DNA of 64,000 nucleotides from Octopus vulgaris (GCA_951406725.2 OX597820.1:90582001-90646000), one strand, 5' to 3'; shown: positions 1 to 13,440, counted from the first letter of the stretch. The notes: generated from the letters alone by a model not told the origin. Program-made: numbers and translations.

Positions 1-9
1 ATTTATTGT

Positions 10-278
10 GAGCGTGCGTGGATTAATGGTTAGAGCATTCGAGTCGTGGGTTCGATTCCCAGCTGCCCGTTGTGTCCTTGAACGAGACACTTTATTTCAT
101 GCTGTTCCAGTCAAGTTTGGGAAAGTGAGTTGTACGTGTAATTCAAAGGGCTAGCTTTGTCCAATTTAGGGTAGGCCTATCTAAGGTATACTCCGTTACT
201 TCCTTGCTAATTTCGCAAGCAGGCTGTTCCGTTAATTGGATCAAATAATGCACACGTCGTCGTAACTGATATCGTGCT
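10..278 (+). mobile_element. Decayed tRNA-derived CORE-type SINE
   Basis: A/B boxes TGGTTAGAGC..GGTTCGATTCCC; CORE-like TGTGTCCTTGAACGAGACACTTT; tail shared with the 2951 copy. Confidence 0.75.
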
Positions 279-364
279 AATACTATATATTAGGCACATA
301 AATTATATCTACATATATATACATGCATAGATATACATATAGATATATACATGCATATCTGTAT

Positions 365-830
365 ACATATCAAAATAATACTGTTCTACATCCTTACCAA
401 CAATCCAATAATACTAATCCACATATACAAAAACAGCCAAACCAACAATCCAACATACCTCCTTCATCAGCTGCCCCACAGATATCATTATGGTTTCGAC
501 GCCTGGGCAGTACCATTCAATCCGGTGCTGTCAGCAGCACTAAAAGAAGAGTTAAGAACAAGCAAACCAAAGAAGCCACCACTTTCAAACACATTTACCC
601 AATGTACAGCCGTATCGATAGAATAATTCCATAAGTAAATTACAACCACTCCTAAATATGTAGCTAAACAGCGACAGCTCAATTAAGTCATAGAAAATTA
701 TAATCCCTACCGCCTCCGGTAGTGTAATATACAAGTAAAAGCTTAATAACCATATTATTTCAATCAAGCAATATATAGGCAGGATTAAGCACTAATTTTA
801 CTAAAACTACGACAAGAGTCATTTAAACTA
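365..830 (+). mobile_element. Decayed Penelope-like (Neptune-type) ORF C-terminus with GIY-YIG remnant
   Basis: PYQQSNNTNPHIQKQPNQQSNI resembles PYRKPNNxPxYIHKxSNHPPxI; downstream SVIYK*...KQYIGR is GIY-YIG-like. Confidence 0.55.
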
Positions 831-1140
831 ACGTACATTGTATCGGTATTAATAGTAAACTGCAATAACTAAATTATATGCTAAATTGTGTTCCATCTGT
901 AAGACAGTATAATAATAATCCCACCGGTCTTCCATAGATACTACTATAGTGAAAGTTCAGACGTTATAATTTTTTTTCCAAAACAAAACCGACTTAAATT
1001 AATTTTAAAAATATTTTTATGAGTGGAATACATTTTTTCATCATTCAAGAGTTGATTATGAAACACTACATACTCATTAATATATTTCTACTAGAAGTTA
1101 TATTAAACGAAAAAAAGTCGATATATATATATATATATAT

Positions 1141-1362
1141 ATCGTGAAGTATATTTGCTACTTAAATGTGGCGAACCCTTAAGGGTGGATGCTACTGTAG
1201 CTTGTAGCCCCAGGAAGATACCTCCTCCAGCTGGCTATTGCCCTAGGGCACAGAAAGTGTGTCAATAGCCAGCTGGATGAGGTGTCAAGCTGGGGCTACA
1301 AGCTACAGTAGCATCCACCCTCAAGGGCTAGCCACATTTAAGTGGCAAATATACTTCACGAT
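1141..1362. repeat. Imperfect ~220-bp palindrome (foldback or MITE-like) adjacent to (TA)n
   Basis: ATCGTGAAGTATATTTGC...GCAAATATACTTCACGAT; arms of ~100 bp and a ~20-nt spacer. Confidence 0.85.
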
Positions 1363-1402
1363 GTCGTGCAGCTACTGTTTATACCTCGCTCAGAGATTTA
1401 TC

Positions 1403-1458
<56 letters not shown>

Positions 1459-2254
1459 TGTATATGTATATGTATATATACACACATTCACACGCACATA
1501 CATATATACATACATATATGCATATATATGTGCAAGCATGTATACACATACATACATACATACATACATACATACATACATACATACACATACAGAATCT
1601 CACACACATGCAGACACATATACAACAGCCTATATGATTGGTTCTGCCTTGCAAAAAGATTCCAGTAACAATGAGTTGGCTGTCCTATGGCTAAAACAGA
1701 AGACAGTTGCCCTCTGAACCCTACGTTGTTTTGGCAATAACAGCCACATTGTGAGAAAGTGAACTTTCCAACAACAGAGACATGACTACGACAGTTGTTA
1801 CTAAATCGACAATTGTTAAATATCGATGGAGATTTTAAACTATGAAAGGTGAAGCGAATATCATTTAATAAAATCTCGTTATTTATTTTCATAGCAAGTT
1901 TAAGTAAGCACAAATGTTGTCAGCCGGCCTTTATCTTTCATAAAGAAGTTAAATATCTTTTGACAACTATAAAAATCTATCAAATCTTTGTCAAAATCGT
2001 CGAAATGTCAACTGAAACAAATTAAACAAATAGGTTAAGAATGCTGATATTAATATATTTTACAAAGAGCATGAACAAACAAAAGAAGAGAAATATATAA
2101 AACGATAACACTTCAGATCAAACACACAGGTATAGGCATATACGTGTGTGTGTGAGTGTGTGTGTGTATGCAAATACATCAATACATATGTATATACATC
2201 TATATGTATATACGTATATATATATATATATATATGAGTGAGTATGTATGTATG

Positions 2255-2302
<48 letters not shown>

Positions 2303-2318
2303 TGAGTGTTTATGTATG

Positions 2319-2358
<40 letters not shown>

Positions 2359-2424
2359 TACACACACATGCATACATATAAAACACGCACATACATACAT
2401 ATTAGTACATTGTTGTACCACTAT

Positions 2425-2460
<36 letters not shown>

Positions 2461-2950
2461 TGTATATATATATATATAAGCGTGTATATATAAAAACAGA
2501 CACACGGAAAATGGGGGAAAGAGAAGAGCGGTGAGAGGAGCAGAGTTGGGAAATGATACAATTGATATTTCTGTTTCACAAACGAGAGAAAACAAGTCAA
2601 TGTCTGCTGAAAAGAATTTGTTTTTAACCAAAGCTGGTGATTTTCCTTCGTTAGCGATTGCGACTTGATAAGCCTCACAAAAACTGAAAAGAAGTAACGT
2701 TGTACAGATTCATGACACACTCAAACATTCAAGAAAATCTAAATCCTTGGCACTACTACCACACTTACTTCACTCTGCAAACCAGAATATGCATTTAATC
2801 CGCAACACTGACCTACTTCCTTTCTCTCGAACCTTAGATAGGAAATATGTGTTAGCCTAAGCAATGAAACACCCTCCACACGTATCTTGCCTCCAACGGT
2901 TCACATCAGCAAATCGTCACGTTTCTAGTCTCTGTTATTCATTCAGTCTT

Positions 2951-3342
2951 GTGGAGGCGCAATGGCCCAGTGGTTCGGGCAGCGGACTCGCGGTCATAGC
3001 ATCGCGGTTTCGATTCCCAGACCGGGCGTTGGGAGTATTTATTGAGCGAAAACACCTAAAGCTCCACGACACTCCGGCAGGGGATGGTGGTGATCCCTGC
3101 TGTAGTCTTTCACCACAACTTTCTCTCACTCTTACTTCCTGTTTCTGTTGTACCTGTATTTCAAAGGGCCGGCCTTGTCACTCTCTGTGTCACGCTGAAT
3201 ATCCCCGAGAACTACGTTAAGGGTACACATGCCTGTGGAGTGCTCAGCGACTTACATGTTAATTTCACGAGCAGGCTGTTCCGTTGATTCGGATCAACCG
3301 GAACCCTCATCGTCGTAACCGACGGAGTGCTTCCTCCCTCCT
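2951..3342 (+). mobile_element. Full-length tRNA-derived SINE with TSD
   Basis: Head GGAGGCGCAATGGCCCAGTGG...TTCGATTCCC; TSD ATTCAGTCTT at 2941-2950 and 3343-3352. Confidence 0.85.
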
Positions 3343-3847
3343 ATTCAGTCTTATAAGAAATGCCCAATGCAACCTTAATAAACAATACACAACGTTGGTT
3401 AGGGAAATATTTGCTAGTCAGTGAAGCTACAAGTATTTTACTAACCAAAATTTTCTAATAATTTTACTAACCTAGTATATGCAGTAAGTTCTAGAAATTC
3501 TAATTTATAAATCAATGTAGCCCAGTCAATTATTCCTCTGCGTCACACAGTTAAGCTTCTAGATAAACGACATTCGGAGATCCACATAAGCTACATGGAC
3601 AATTACATACATAAGTGCCATCAGACTGATATCATCCCATTATCATCAGATACTTATGTAATACTAGCCACGAGTTTTCACATATCAGTTACATCACTGT
3701 CATCAATACAAAAGACAAATTAGTGCCTAACAAACCCACTGTCTCTCATCAGAGAACATGAAATACAGCTAAATATGACAATCAACAACAAAATCAGACC
3801 AGACAAATATGCAAATTTCTTACCATACAGCCACGCATGCGCCTATA

Positions 3848-3934
<87 letters not shown>

Positions 3935-4629
3935 GCACAGACATATATACACGTATAGCTAAATAGATGCATAGAAACAGATACACAGACATGTACATAT
4001 ATATACACACATGCACACAAATACATACAAACACACATATATAGACAATTGTATATGCACGCACGCATATATATACATATACACCAGCCTATTGGACAAC
4101 ATGAAATACAGCTGAACGTCACAATCAACAAGAATATAATACTAGCCAATCTAAAGACAAATATATTAGGATTTCCATACAACTCCAGTGGTCTTTAGGC
4201 GCGGTCTCTATACAATATACTTCGATATATCCAGGTTGGATTAGGATAGTCTGTGTTAGATTTAACGTATTGTTCGTACTTCATTGTGATTGTTTCTTTA
4301 TGTTGGCTATAAATAAGATCTTGCGTCGTTTTTTTTTTCCTCTACTATTGATTGCATATGTGTACTGGATATTACAAAGGAGTTCAACACAACTTTTCCA
4401 ACATGTAACCTACAGAAAGAGCGTAGTTGCAATATGTTAGATCTAGCTAGGATCTTACTAGTCTCTTCTAGGTTTCCATTCTTTTCACAATAAGCCGTCT
4501 GAAACAACATCGCACTACACATCATAACATATATATCCAAAGCGTGTGTATATAACGAAATATGATCAATAAATTTTTAGACCATCTGGACATACAATTC
4601 ACTGTCGCAATAATCTTCATTTAATTGAC

Positions 4630-4840
4630 GGGGGCCTAGCTGGTAGAATCATCAGCTCAGCGGGCAAAATGTTTAGCGTCATTTCATCCGTAGTTACGCT
4701 CTGATTTCAAATTCCGCAGACGTCGACTTTACCTCTCATCATTTCGAGGTCGAAAAAATAAGTACCAGTTTAGTACTGGGGTCGATTTAATCCACCTACT
4801 CCTCCATTGAAATTGCTGGCCTTGTGCCTAAATTTAAAAC
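4630..4840 (+). mobile_element. Decayed monomeric SINE (9400 family)
   Basis: AGCTGGTAGAATC..TTCAAATTCCGC..GTCGACTTT..GAGGTCGAAAAAATAAGTACCAG. Confidence 0.75.
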
Positions 4841-5262
4841 CAATATACTTCATTAACCTCAAAGTCACTGTCACTACATAAAAAAATCCGACCTAATCTG
4901 CAGAAGCAAATATGGCAATCCCTAACTCTACAAAAAACATACAAATAACTATTTCTCTCATTAAGACGAGAAAGCATTGGAAACACACGTAGAAACAACA
5001 TTAGCCTAGCTGTTCTTATTTGCACAAATAAAAATTTTGAAATTCATGATGCAGCCAGAACCTGCTGTTGTAAAAATAAATGACCGTCTGGAGTGTACAA
5101 AAAATTTAGAATCTCCAAGCTGTCACACTATATACGATAAAATACGGTATCTCTGCAGGTCGGAGAGTGCAACGTGTGCAATAGAGATCTCATTTAGATA
5201 AAGACATCACATAACTGGGAAGATGGGTATATGCCACAGGAGATCTTTCGATAGACTTGTAC

Positions 5263-5484
5263 TATTGGGTTGTCCGGAGAGTTCGTGCCGACTTAGAGTA
5301 GCTTACCTTTCGACTTACCCTCCCAGGCACCTCAGTTCTGGGAAGAGGGTATTTTCAAGTCAAAGTATTTCAAGTATTTTCAAACAAACTGGTTCATATT
5401 TGGTTGATTAAAAATGTGATGGCAAGTATTTATTGACTTTTTCTTTCTTTTAAAAATCAGCACGAACTTTCGAATAACCCAATA
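5263..5484. mobile_element. Mariner-derived MITE
   Basis: TIRs TATTGGGTTGTCCGGAGAGTTCGTGCCGA / TCAGCACGAACTTTCGAATAACCCAATA with terminal TA. Confidence 0.75.
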
Positions 5485-5888
5485 CTTTAAAACAAGTAGA
5501 TGAGGACTGCTATGAGATTACAAGACAACAGCTCAAACACTGACATATATTACTGCGGTAAGATACAACGTAAGTGATATGATATATTTTTCTCGAATGT
5601 CACAAATATTTCCTATGATTTAGTATACGTTACTAGAGATAAATGAACTTTCACATTTACAGTGTTTATAACATAGACGTAGCATCTCACACATAAAGTT
5701 TTCAACACTATAATAACAGCGTCAATACATACTTAGTTCAGATCTTTGACACCAATGATGAAATGACTGCAAAATTTTCGGACATTTATACTCATCCTTT
5801 TTCGGAAATTAGATAAAATATTGTATAAATGATGATCTGGAGCGAAACAATGATTGTCATTTACAGGAAATTTCATCAATGAGACCAC

Positions 5889-5893
5889 TGATA

Positions 5894-5964
<71 letters not shown>

Positions 5965-6023
5965 GGTGGTGATGATGATGGTGGTGGTGATGATGATAAT
6001 GATGATGATGATGATGATGATGA

Positions 6024-6063
<40 letters not shown>

Positions 6064-6082
6064 AACGACGATGATGGTAGTG
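5889..6082 (+). repeat. Compound trinucleotide microsatellite (GAT)n/(GGT)n/(GAC)n
   Basis: Direct reading. Confidence 0.95.
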
Positions 6083-6134
6083 ACAATTTTCAATGTAGAT
6101 TTATTGAAATATAATGCTATGTATTGTAGTTAAT

Positions 6135-6350
6135 GATCATTTCAAATTTTGGCGCAAGGCCACTAGCTTTTGAGGGAAGGGTGAAATCGATTATATTGAC
6201 AACAGTAGTTGATTGATACTTAATTTATTGTCCCTGAAAGGATGGAAGGAAAAGTGGACCTCAAGAGATTTTGAACTCAGAACATTAAGAGGGACAATAT
6301 GCCGACTAAATATTTCGTCCAACGTCCTATTGTCCTGCTTGCTCGCTGCC
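6135..6350 (-). mobile_element. Decayed monomeric SINE (9400 family)
   Basis: GAAAGGATGGAAGGAAAAGTGGACCTC..TTTGAACTCAGAAC. Confidence 0.65.
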
Positions 6351-8236
6351 TATTTTTTAATTAATAATGACACATATACTGATATAAAGATTACGGATAC
6401 CTTATACGTAAAACAGTTTTTGAGTTCATCATCCTGAGGGTCACTTGGGAGAAATACTGCAGTAACTGACATATGGAGACTTACTGGGCCAATACCACTT
6501 GGTTACTTCACTTTGTCTTTCTAAATTCGAGCGTTGTCGAGTTCCCATTTGCTCAAACTCCTGCCCTACTTTCAATTTGCATTCAGACAGAAGTTGTTAT
6601 TCTATTTTACTTTCTTTCTTTTTTTCTTTCTTTCTTCCTATTTTTCTTAACACCTAGTCTTTCCTTTTTCTGTACTTACATATTTTCTCTTTCATCTAAC
6701 TTCATTTCTCCTGCACTGCTAATGAACCAATTCCACATTTCTTTCGATATGTCTCTCACCCCGCGCTCGTCGTTTACTTTGCACATTTTCCCAGTTGTAA
6801 ATCGACAAAACATGTATTCCTATCTTTAATTCATCTTGTTTTTCCCGTTTGTTTTCTCCTTGTGCCAAACTGAAAAACTACCGTCTTTTTTTTTTAACTG
6901 TGTCACATATATCGGCTTCTCTGTAATACATTCGCCTCATTCGTATGTTGTAGCCCTACATCTTTTACGTTCAAACAAGATAATTTAATTTTTGTCACAA
7001 TATTAGCTGTTATCAGATCCATCCATCCTACATAACGGTCTTTTACTATATGCGTGTGTGCATGTATATTTGTGCATGTGTGTGCGTATGTGTTTATGTA
7101 CGCAATATATGTTTTATATAAGCTTTTTTTCCCCTTAACGCCGCGAAATTGAACAGTATTCTCTATGAGTCGAACTTGTGATGGTTATTAGGCGATAACT
7201 GATGAGGGGCTTGAGTGTCCACGTCATTTGCGTATCAGAGATGACATATTCAAACTTTCGGTCGGAAAAACAGAAATTAGTGGCGGTGTTTCTCAAAGCA
7301 CAAATTGGTGGTTGAAGCATTCCTTAACAACTCAGTAGTAAACCACGATAAGAAATACATGCGAAGTCTTGTAACTGCATAAACATTTTTATCAAGAAAA
7401 CAAGCATCATTTTCTTTTTCTCTTTACTATGATGATTGGACAGATGTGAATTAGACATATAATTTGTAGCACAGTAAATTGAATATCGCAAACTACAATA
7501 GTGGTGAAAAATACCCTATTAGTTTATGTCACCTGTTACTTTTCATAATCTCAGCATATTCTCGTATTTACGTATTTAAATAAGATCTAACTCAAGTTAA
7601 ATGCGAAATAAAAGTAAACTTGTGAAAGCTATGTTAATCGTATTCAATGGAAAACTGAGCAATTTTATAGACTATAGAATAAGGCTGTATGATCTCTGAG
7701 ACAATACTGGCCATTAAAATGTAGCAATGTGCATGCATCATTCAATTAAGTTTCGTTGATTTGAAAACTTCGTTTGCAGTATATAATCTTGTCAGATATA
7801 ATATGTGTTAACTCAAAAGTACTTGGTGTTAGTCTGTAATAATTTTCTCATAATACTAGACCGCAGACGAGCAATAATCCCGAGTGATGCAGATCATTAA
7901 ATTTTGTGGAAATTATGTATTTGCTCTTTACTTAATAACTGTATATATGTTTGAGATCCTGTGTGTATCTGAGTGGGTTAGTAAGTATGTTTGCATTCAT
8001 GTAGATTGGTAGGTATCTACGCGTGAATGCATGTATACATGCAAAAATACATGAATCCCAGTTACACCTACAGCCGGCTATTACCGGTAAAGGTTTTAGT
8101 TGCCAATTCTGTACAAGACGTTGTAGATCTTTAGCTGGGCTAAAAGTCACATTCGATCACAGCACCAGTAACAGTTAAGCTTTGTGCAATGGCCATACTC
8201 GATAACGAGTGGGCAGCCATAATGCATGTATGCATG

Positions 8237-8302
<66 letters not shown>

Positions 8303-8509
8303 AGTAGATAAATGAATTATCTTATTACGGATAATTCGAAAGATAACCGATATCTGGGTAGCAAACTCACAACAGAAAGAACACGGTTGAAGTTACGACC
8401 ATAGGGTATATACTCCGTGCCTTAGTGCGGAAATTTGAAGTTTAATTTAATATAATAAGTATAGGAAAGAATGGAGCTAAACGAAGATTTAACAGAATTC
8501 CTTTATTTT

Positions 8510-8595
8510 ATTTTCGACATATGTTTCGAAGTCTGCAAAATCCCTAATTCCAAATGAATAAGGAGTCCATTATGCAGCTTTCTCTTCAGGAAAAT
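8510..8595 (-). ncRNA. Type I hammerhead ribozyme (mirror copy in the left arm)
   Basis: Reverse complement of 8744-8828 with a 1-nt indel in loop II. Confidence 0.8.
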
Positions 8596-8743
8596 CCAGG
8601 AACTTTTTTCGCCAACAAAATGCACAACAAGTTTTTAGATGACTGCTCACGAGGAGCCCATAGCGATAATGAACGCTATGGGCTCCTCGTGAGCAGTCAT
8701 CTAAAAACTTGTTGTGCATTTTGTTGGCGAAAGAAGTTCCTGG

Positions 8744-8828
8744 ATTTTCCTGAAGAGAAAGCTGCATAATGGACTCCTTATTCATTTGGAATTAGGATTT
8801 TGCAGACTTCGAAACATATGTCGAAAAT
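8744..8828 (+). ncRNA. Type I hammerhead ribozyme with minimal palindromic stem III
   Basis: ATTTTC-CTGAAGA-GAAAGCTGCA...TGCAGACTTC-GAAAC-ATAT-GTC-GAAAAT; predicted cleavage after C8822. Confidence 0.8.
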
Positions 8829-9348
8829 AAAATAAAGGAATTCTGTTAAATCTTCGTTTAGCTCCATTCTTTCCTATATTATATATATATATATATATAT
8901 ATCATAATATCTTACAGTACGAATGAGTACTCAGCACCGTATCTGTTGTATAAATAAAGATATGGAGTCGATTACAGGGGTTAACTAATCAAAGTTTTAG
9001 GATGCCAATTCTGTATCTCATATATGAAAAAGAAAAGAGACTCACCAAACGTAGTCGGTGTCGAAGCTTTATTTAATGTACATGTGTTTCGTGAGGTTGG
9101 CAGAATCCAATTGCGTGAGGAGAAAACTTTGTCGAGTAAATGTCACCTGTCTCATTCATCGGCATTACTCGGCAATACTACAATACGCAGAAAAACGGAC
9201 GCATTTATATGCATTCGGATGCAAATTAAAACACTTAGTTTAACATTGTAGAATAGAATAGAAGAAAAACAGGAGCAAGGAATAAGAGCAAAATGAAATG
9301 CAGATAAGATAGACCAAACACCAAAAAAACGACCTTGAGTCATGTCTT

Positions 9349-10487
9349 ACGAATGGGTACACAAAAGAACCCGGAATTTTGCAATAATATTCACTTAATA
9401 TGGCGGCGAGCTGGCAGAAACGTTAGCACGCCGGGCGAAATGCTTAGCGGTGTTTCGTCTACCGTTACGTTCTGAGTTCAAATTCCGCCGAGGTCGACTT
9501 TGCCTCTTATCGTTTCGGGGTCGATTTAATAAGTACCAGTCACGTACTGGGGTTGATATAATCGACCTAATCCGTTTGTCTGTCCTTGTTTGTCCGCTCT
9601 GTGTGTAGCCCTTGTTGGCAGTAAAGAAATAGGTATTTCGTCTGCCGCTACGTTCTGAGTTCAAATTCCGCCGAGGTCGACTTTGCCTTTCATCCTTTCG
9701 GGGTCGATAAATTAAGTACCAGTTGCGTACTGGGGTCGATCTCATCAGCTGGCCTCCCCCACCCAAGTTTGATGCCTTATGCCTAGAATAAAAAAAGAAA
9801 TATTATTCACTTAATTTTACATGTTTACACTTTTATCGCCTCCAAAGTATTCTCTATTTGAAGTAAGGCATCGGTCCATTGGAAGCAGTGCTGGAACTCC
9901 TGCGAAGTGATGACTTCTAACGCTTTCGTCGATTTTTTTCCTTCACGTCTTCCGTATCTGCAAATTACATACGGACAGCTTTTATCACCAGTAGTGACTT
10001 TGACAAAATTCCGTATCAATTTCCAACTGGTTTCAGTTCACGACACTCATTCAGTCGTGACTGATTTTGATCTTCCGAGAGCAAGCGAGGCACTAAAATT
10101 GCATGAACTCTTTTTTTATTCAAAATTCGTCGCTCAAACGTTGTTGGGAGGAGTTCTAGGACACATCAGTCATATTAACAATGTCGTCCATTGTTCGGTA
10201 ACTGTCCTCTAAGATCCGTTCATTAATTATCATGATGTTCTCATTCGTTAGGTTGTGGGTCGCCCTGAACGAGAATGGTTTTCAAGCGATAAGTGACCAT
10301 TCTTAAAGCTTGAAAACCACTTGTAACCTTTGTTATAAAACAAAAACGCATCACGTGACAATATGACCCCACCGAAAAACGCCGGTCTGAAGACTGATGC
10401 CTCAGGATCAAATCAAGTGACTTTCAGCGTTGGAAGCCTGGACGTCCCAGAAAGAACGTTTCTGGTTACTTTTCGGTACCTCCTCGT
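9349..10487 (-). mobile_element. Internally deleted mariner transposon remnant
   Basis: Minus-strand peptides YKWFSSFKNGHLSLENHSRSGRPTT and EFQHCFQW...DRCLTSNREYFGGD; imperfect TIRs ACGAATGGGTACACAAAAGAACCCGGAA / TTCTGGTTACTTTTCGGTACCTCCTCGT. Confidence 0.8.
9400..9803 (+). mobile_element. Dimeric tRNA-derived SINE (same family) inserted in a mariner remnant
   Basis: Same head and body, duplicated; A-rich tail; 12-bp TSD TATTCACTTAAT at 9388-9399 and 9804-9815. Confidence 0.9.
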
Positions 10488-10559
10488 GTGTGTGTGCATA
10501 TATGTATGTGTATATAGACACACAAATACACAAATACACACATGCATATTACCCTCCGA

Positions 10560-10722
10560 GGTTCAAATCCGGGCAACTCATTTCTACAGCTGAGGGAACT
10601 GGAGCAAAGATGAAGTAAAGTGACTTGCTCAAGAACACAACACGCAGCTTGGTTCGGGATTCGAACTCAAAACCTCACGATCGTAAACTGGACGCTCTAA
10701 CCTCTGAGCCATGCACCTTCAC
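10560..10722 (-). mobile_element. CORE-type SINE fragment
   Basis: AAGTGACTTGCTCAAGAACACAAC..GGGATTCGAACTC..GCTCTAACC. Confidence 0.75.
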
Positions 10723-10768
10723 ACACACACGCACATATATATATATACATACATATTCATACATATAT

Positions 10769-10814
<46 letters not shown>

Positions 10815-11599
10815 ATATATATATATTCTGTAAACAGTACGTGTCGTCCATTAAATAATCATTTAAAATATGTTTAATGCCAGGAGGAGTATTCTAAAGA
10901 ATGAGGAGCAGGACATCAGAGAGCCAGTGAAAAGTGTTGATAGTGTGAGACGAGAGGGAATACCAGTCGCTTCGACGATCGGCGTGAAAAGGGAAAGAGG
11001 ATAAAAGAGGACGATGACTATGGGAGGTCGGTTCACTAATGCTCATACTCAGGACTTCATTGTCTTCAAAATGAAAATGAACTTTAAGTCTAGCTGATGG
11101 TTCCCAGTTTTTAAAACTGTTACTACATCGATGTCATTTTTTAGCTAAACATTGATATCATGAATTTATTTGGTACATTCTATAAACTATTGCCGATGAA
11201 AGCATTGTGCAATTCCTGAATTCTCTCCTGTAACTTTTCCGCATCCTTCTTGAACTCAGGTTAAAGTAACGTTCATGTCTGAGATTTTTCTCGACTTAAA
11301 GTTACCCGGGAATTCTGAATAAGATCAATAAGTTGTTTATAATATAAATAGTTCCAGCAAGTATTTTACCAGTAATATTAAGATTGATATATCAAAATAG
11401 CTGTAACAATTACTAAAGTGCGTATGTTTTGGTCAGAAACTTTCTTAAGGTGTCAAAGAACATGTTCAACCCTCTATATTGCAGAAACAATTTCAAAACA
11501 ATTACAAACAAAATGGTCACATTTTCTTTTCACACTGTATTTTTAATCTACAAATATTTCCCAGACAACAGTTAGTTTGTTACAGCATTAACTTTGAAA

Positions 11600-12900
11600 A
11601 TGAGGAATGTCTTAAGTGTTTAATCAGTTATTTGATTAATTCGTAATTTAAACCGTTTCTAATTCTCTTTTTATCTTGGTAAACTCATATGCTTTTCGGT
11701 CACAATGTACAATGCTGACAGAAAATAAAACATTTAGCTTAGGTCCACTACCCACTTTCGAACTTTGATAGAATACCTTAATATGCTTCTCATCTGCCGC
11801 ACATTGAATCTATGTTGTTCTCTATTTAAGATGAACGTTGTTCTCGTTAACTCAATTATGATGAGGTAGTCCAAGTATTTCTTATGAATATGAATATGTT
11901 GCTGCTCTGAAGCACCTTTTAAATTCTTGAACATTTTCCGTAGCATTTATATTTGGCAGACATTCATCCAATTTATTTCGGAGCTCACAATTCTTATCTT
12001 CAGCCTTGAGTGACTTCATAATTCTACATCATAGTGTTTTGTTATTTCGTTGTCATATTTTCTTGAAATTATAACATAACTTACTGTAGAATAAAGAGTG
12101 CTACACTAGCCAAGGTTATGCGTAAAATGAACGGCGAGAATATTTGAATATCCTTTTCTTAAAGATTACAATATCAAATACTACTTGTAAGTTCGATAAT
12201 TCCTCCAAAATGTTTCATGTATAATTTGCTCTTTGCCTTTGTTATAGAGAGTTCGACTTCCTAATAAGAGAACTGCAGGTACTGTCCATTGTGGTTGATT
12301 ATATTTTCTACTTACTTTTCAGTTGCACTCGATAAAATAGCAGAATCAGAAGCTACTCTAGATTTAGAGTCACCAAGTAGTGTTCTTTGCGAACATTACG
12401 GTGGTTTACACCTCGTAGAAGGCATGTTATCGTGTAAAGTGTATTTGTTGACTTCATTGCACAACATTGTCGAAGCCTAATAACGTATTAAATATTCTGA
12501 GAGCTCCTCATTGAGATCTATTTGTCAGTATGGCCAAGGGAAGTGATAATAGTTACAACAAAGTGTGATATTCTTTCTTGAAAATCAATTCCCATTTCTT
12601 TCACTTAACATGACATACTTTGGATATGGGCAACAATATCAATATTGGGAGAAAGTATTTTAAAATCTCGGAGAGTCCAAGAGGGAAAGTCTATATTTTT
12701 TCCCGACAATGGTATTAACTGTTTAGGATTCCAAGGAATACAACTGAATAAACATTGTAACAGTATAAGCAATAATATAATTATATCAATTTGGAGATAT
12801 CTTTCCACCTATATATCGCTCAGAGAAAATGTGCTCTTTCTGAAAATATACGCTTTGTTATGAAGGCGGATACGGGATTGAATAAATAGTAATTAACATT
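11600..12900 (-). mobile_element. Heavily decayed CR1/L2-like LINE reverse transcriptase remnant
   Basis: Ordered minus-strand traces PILILLPISKV (RPISLLPxxSKV), GFDNVVQ (AFDxVxH) and VPAVLLLG (VPQGSxLG). Confidence 0.45.
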
Positions 12901-13164
12901 TTTTTATGTCAGAGCTTTTATCATCAGACGGTTGTTACTGTGCAGCTTTCTAGCTGAAGCACAGTTCTATCTAAGGATTATTTGTAATCCTTTAACTGTC
13001 TATTCGTTTTCTTCCGAAAGGTGTGGACCCATTTCCAAACGAAATTAAACATTGGAATTGAACAAGATAAATACGAATGGCGCTACTGCAAAATAGAAAC
13101 ATAATTTGGTTACAACGGTAAAATATTCCGTAAATCCATCCATACTACAGGATTAATGTGTGTG

Positions 13165-13440
13165 TGTGCTGCACTTACGATTGCGAGATCGTGGTTTGGA
13201 TTCTCAGACCGGGCGGCGCGTCAAGTTCTTGTGGAAAGTACTCCATTTCACGTTTCTCTGCGATCATCTCGACACCTGACATTTGGTACCCCCTTGCAAA
13301 TGTACAGGTAATGTCAATTTAATATATGGGGGTGAGATTATGTCTAGATAAATATTTGATCACTATAAACAAATCATCTGTGTCGTTGTTCGGTAAGAAA
13401 TTGTCGAACACTCATACTTCGTCTAACGACGGGAGGGTTC
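13165..13440 (+). mobile_element. Decayed SINE
   Basis: GATCGTGGTTTGGATTCTCAGACCGGGCG resembles the 2951 head; tail CTTCGTCTAACGACGGG. Confidence 0.55.

Larger units (their letters stand above)
8460..8878. mobile_element. Near-perfect 419-bp palindrome; head-to-head pair of Penelope pLTR-like fragments
   Basis: Arms 8460-8665 and 8674-8878 with an 8-nt spacer ATAATGAA. I see one mismatch and one indel. Each arm has an HHR and a downstream AATAAA; (TA)n follows. Confidence 0.85.

Noticed and set aside
2951-3020. tRNA genes at SINE heads (also 9402, 26204, 33936)
   Set aside because: A/B boxes are present but run directly into SINE bodies; no convincing complete cloverleaf.
5733-6133. Poly-Asp/Ser/Met ORFs (also 57616-57910)
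   Set aside because: Trinucleotide repeats open in several frames on both strands, with no splice or domain context.
8554-8785. Two mirror-image 71-aa ORFs
   Set aside because: A consequence of the DNA palindrome; no recognisable protein.
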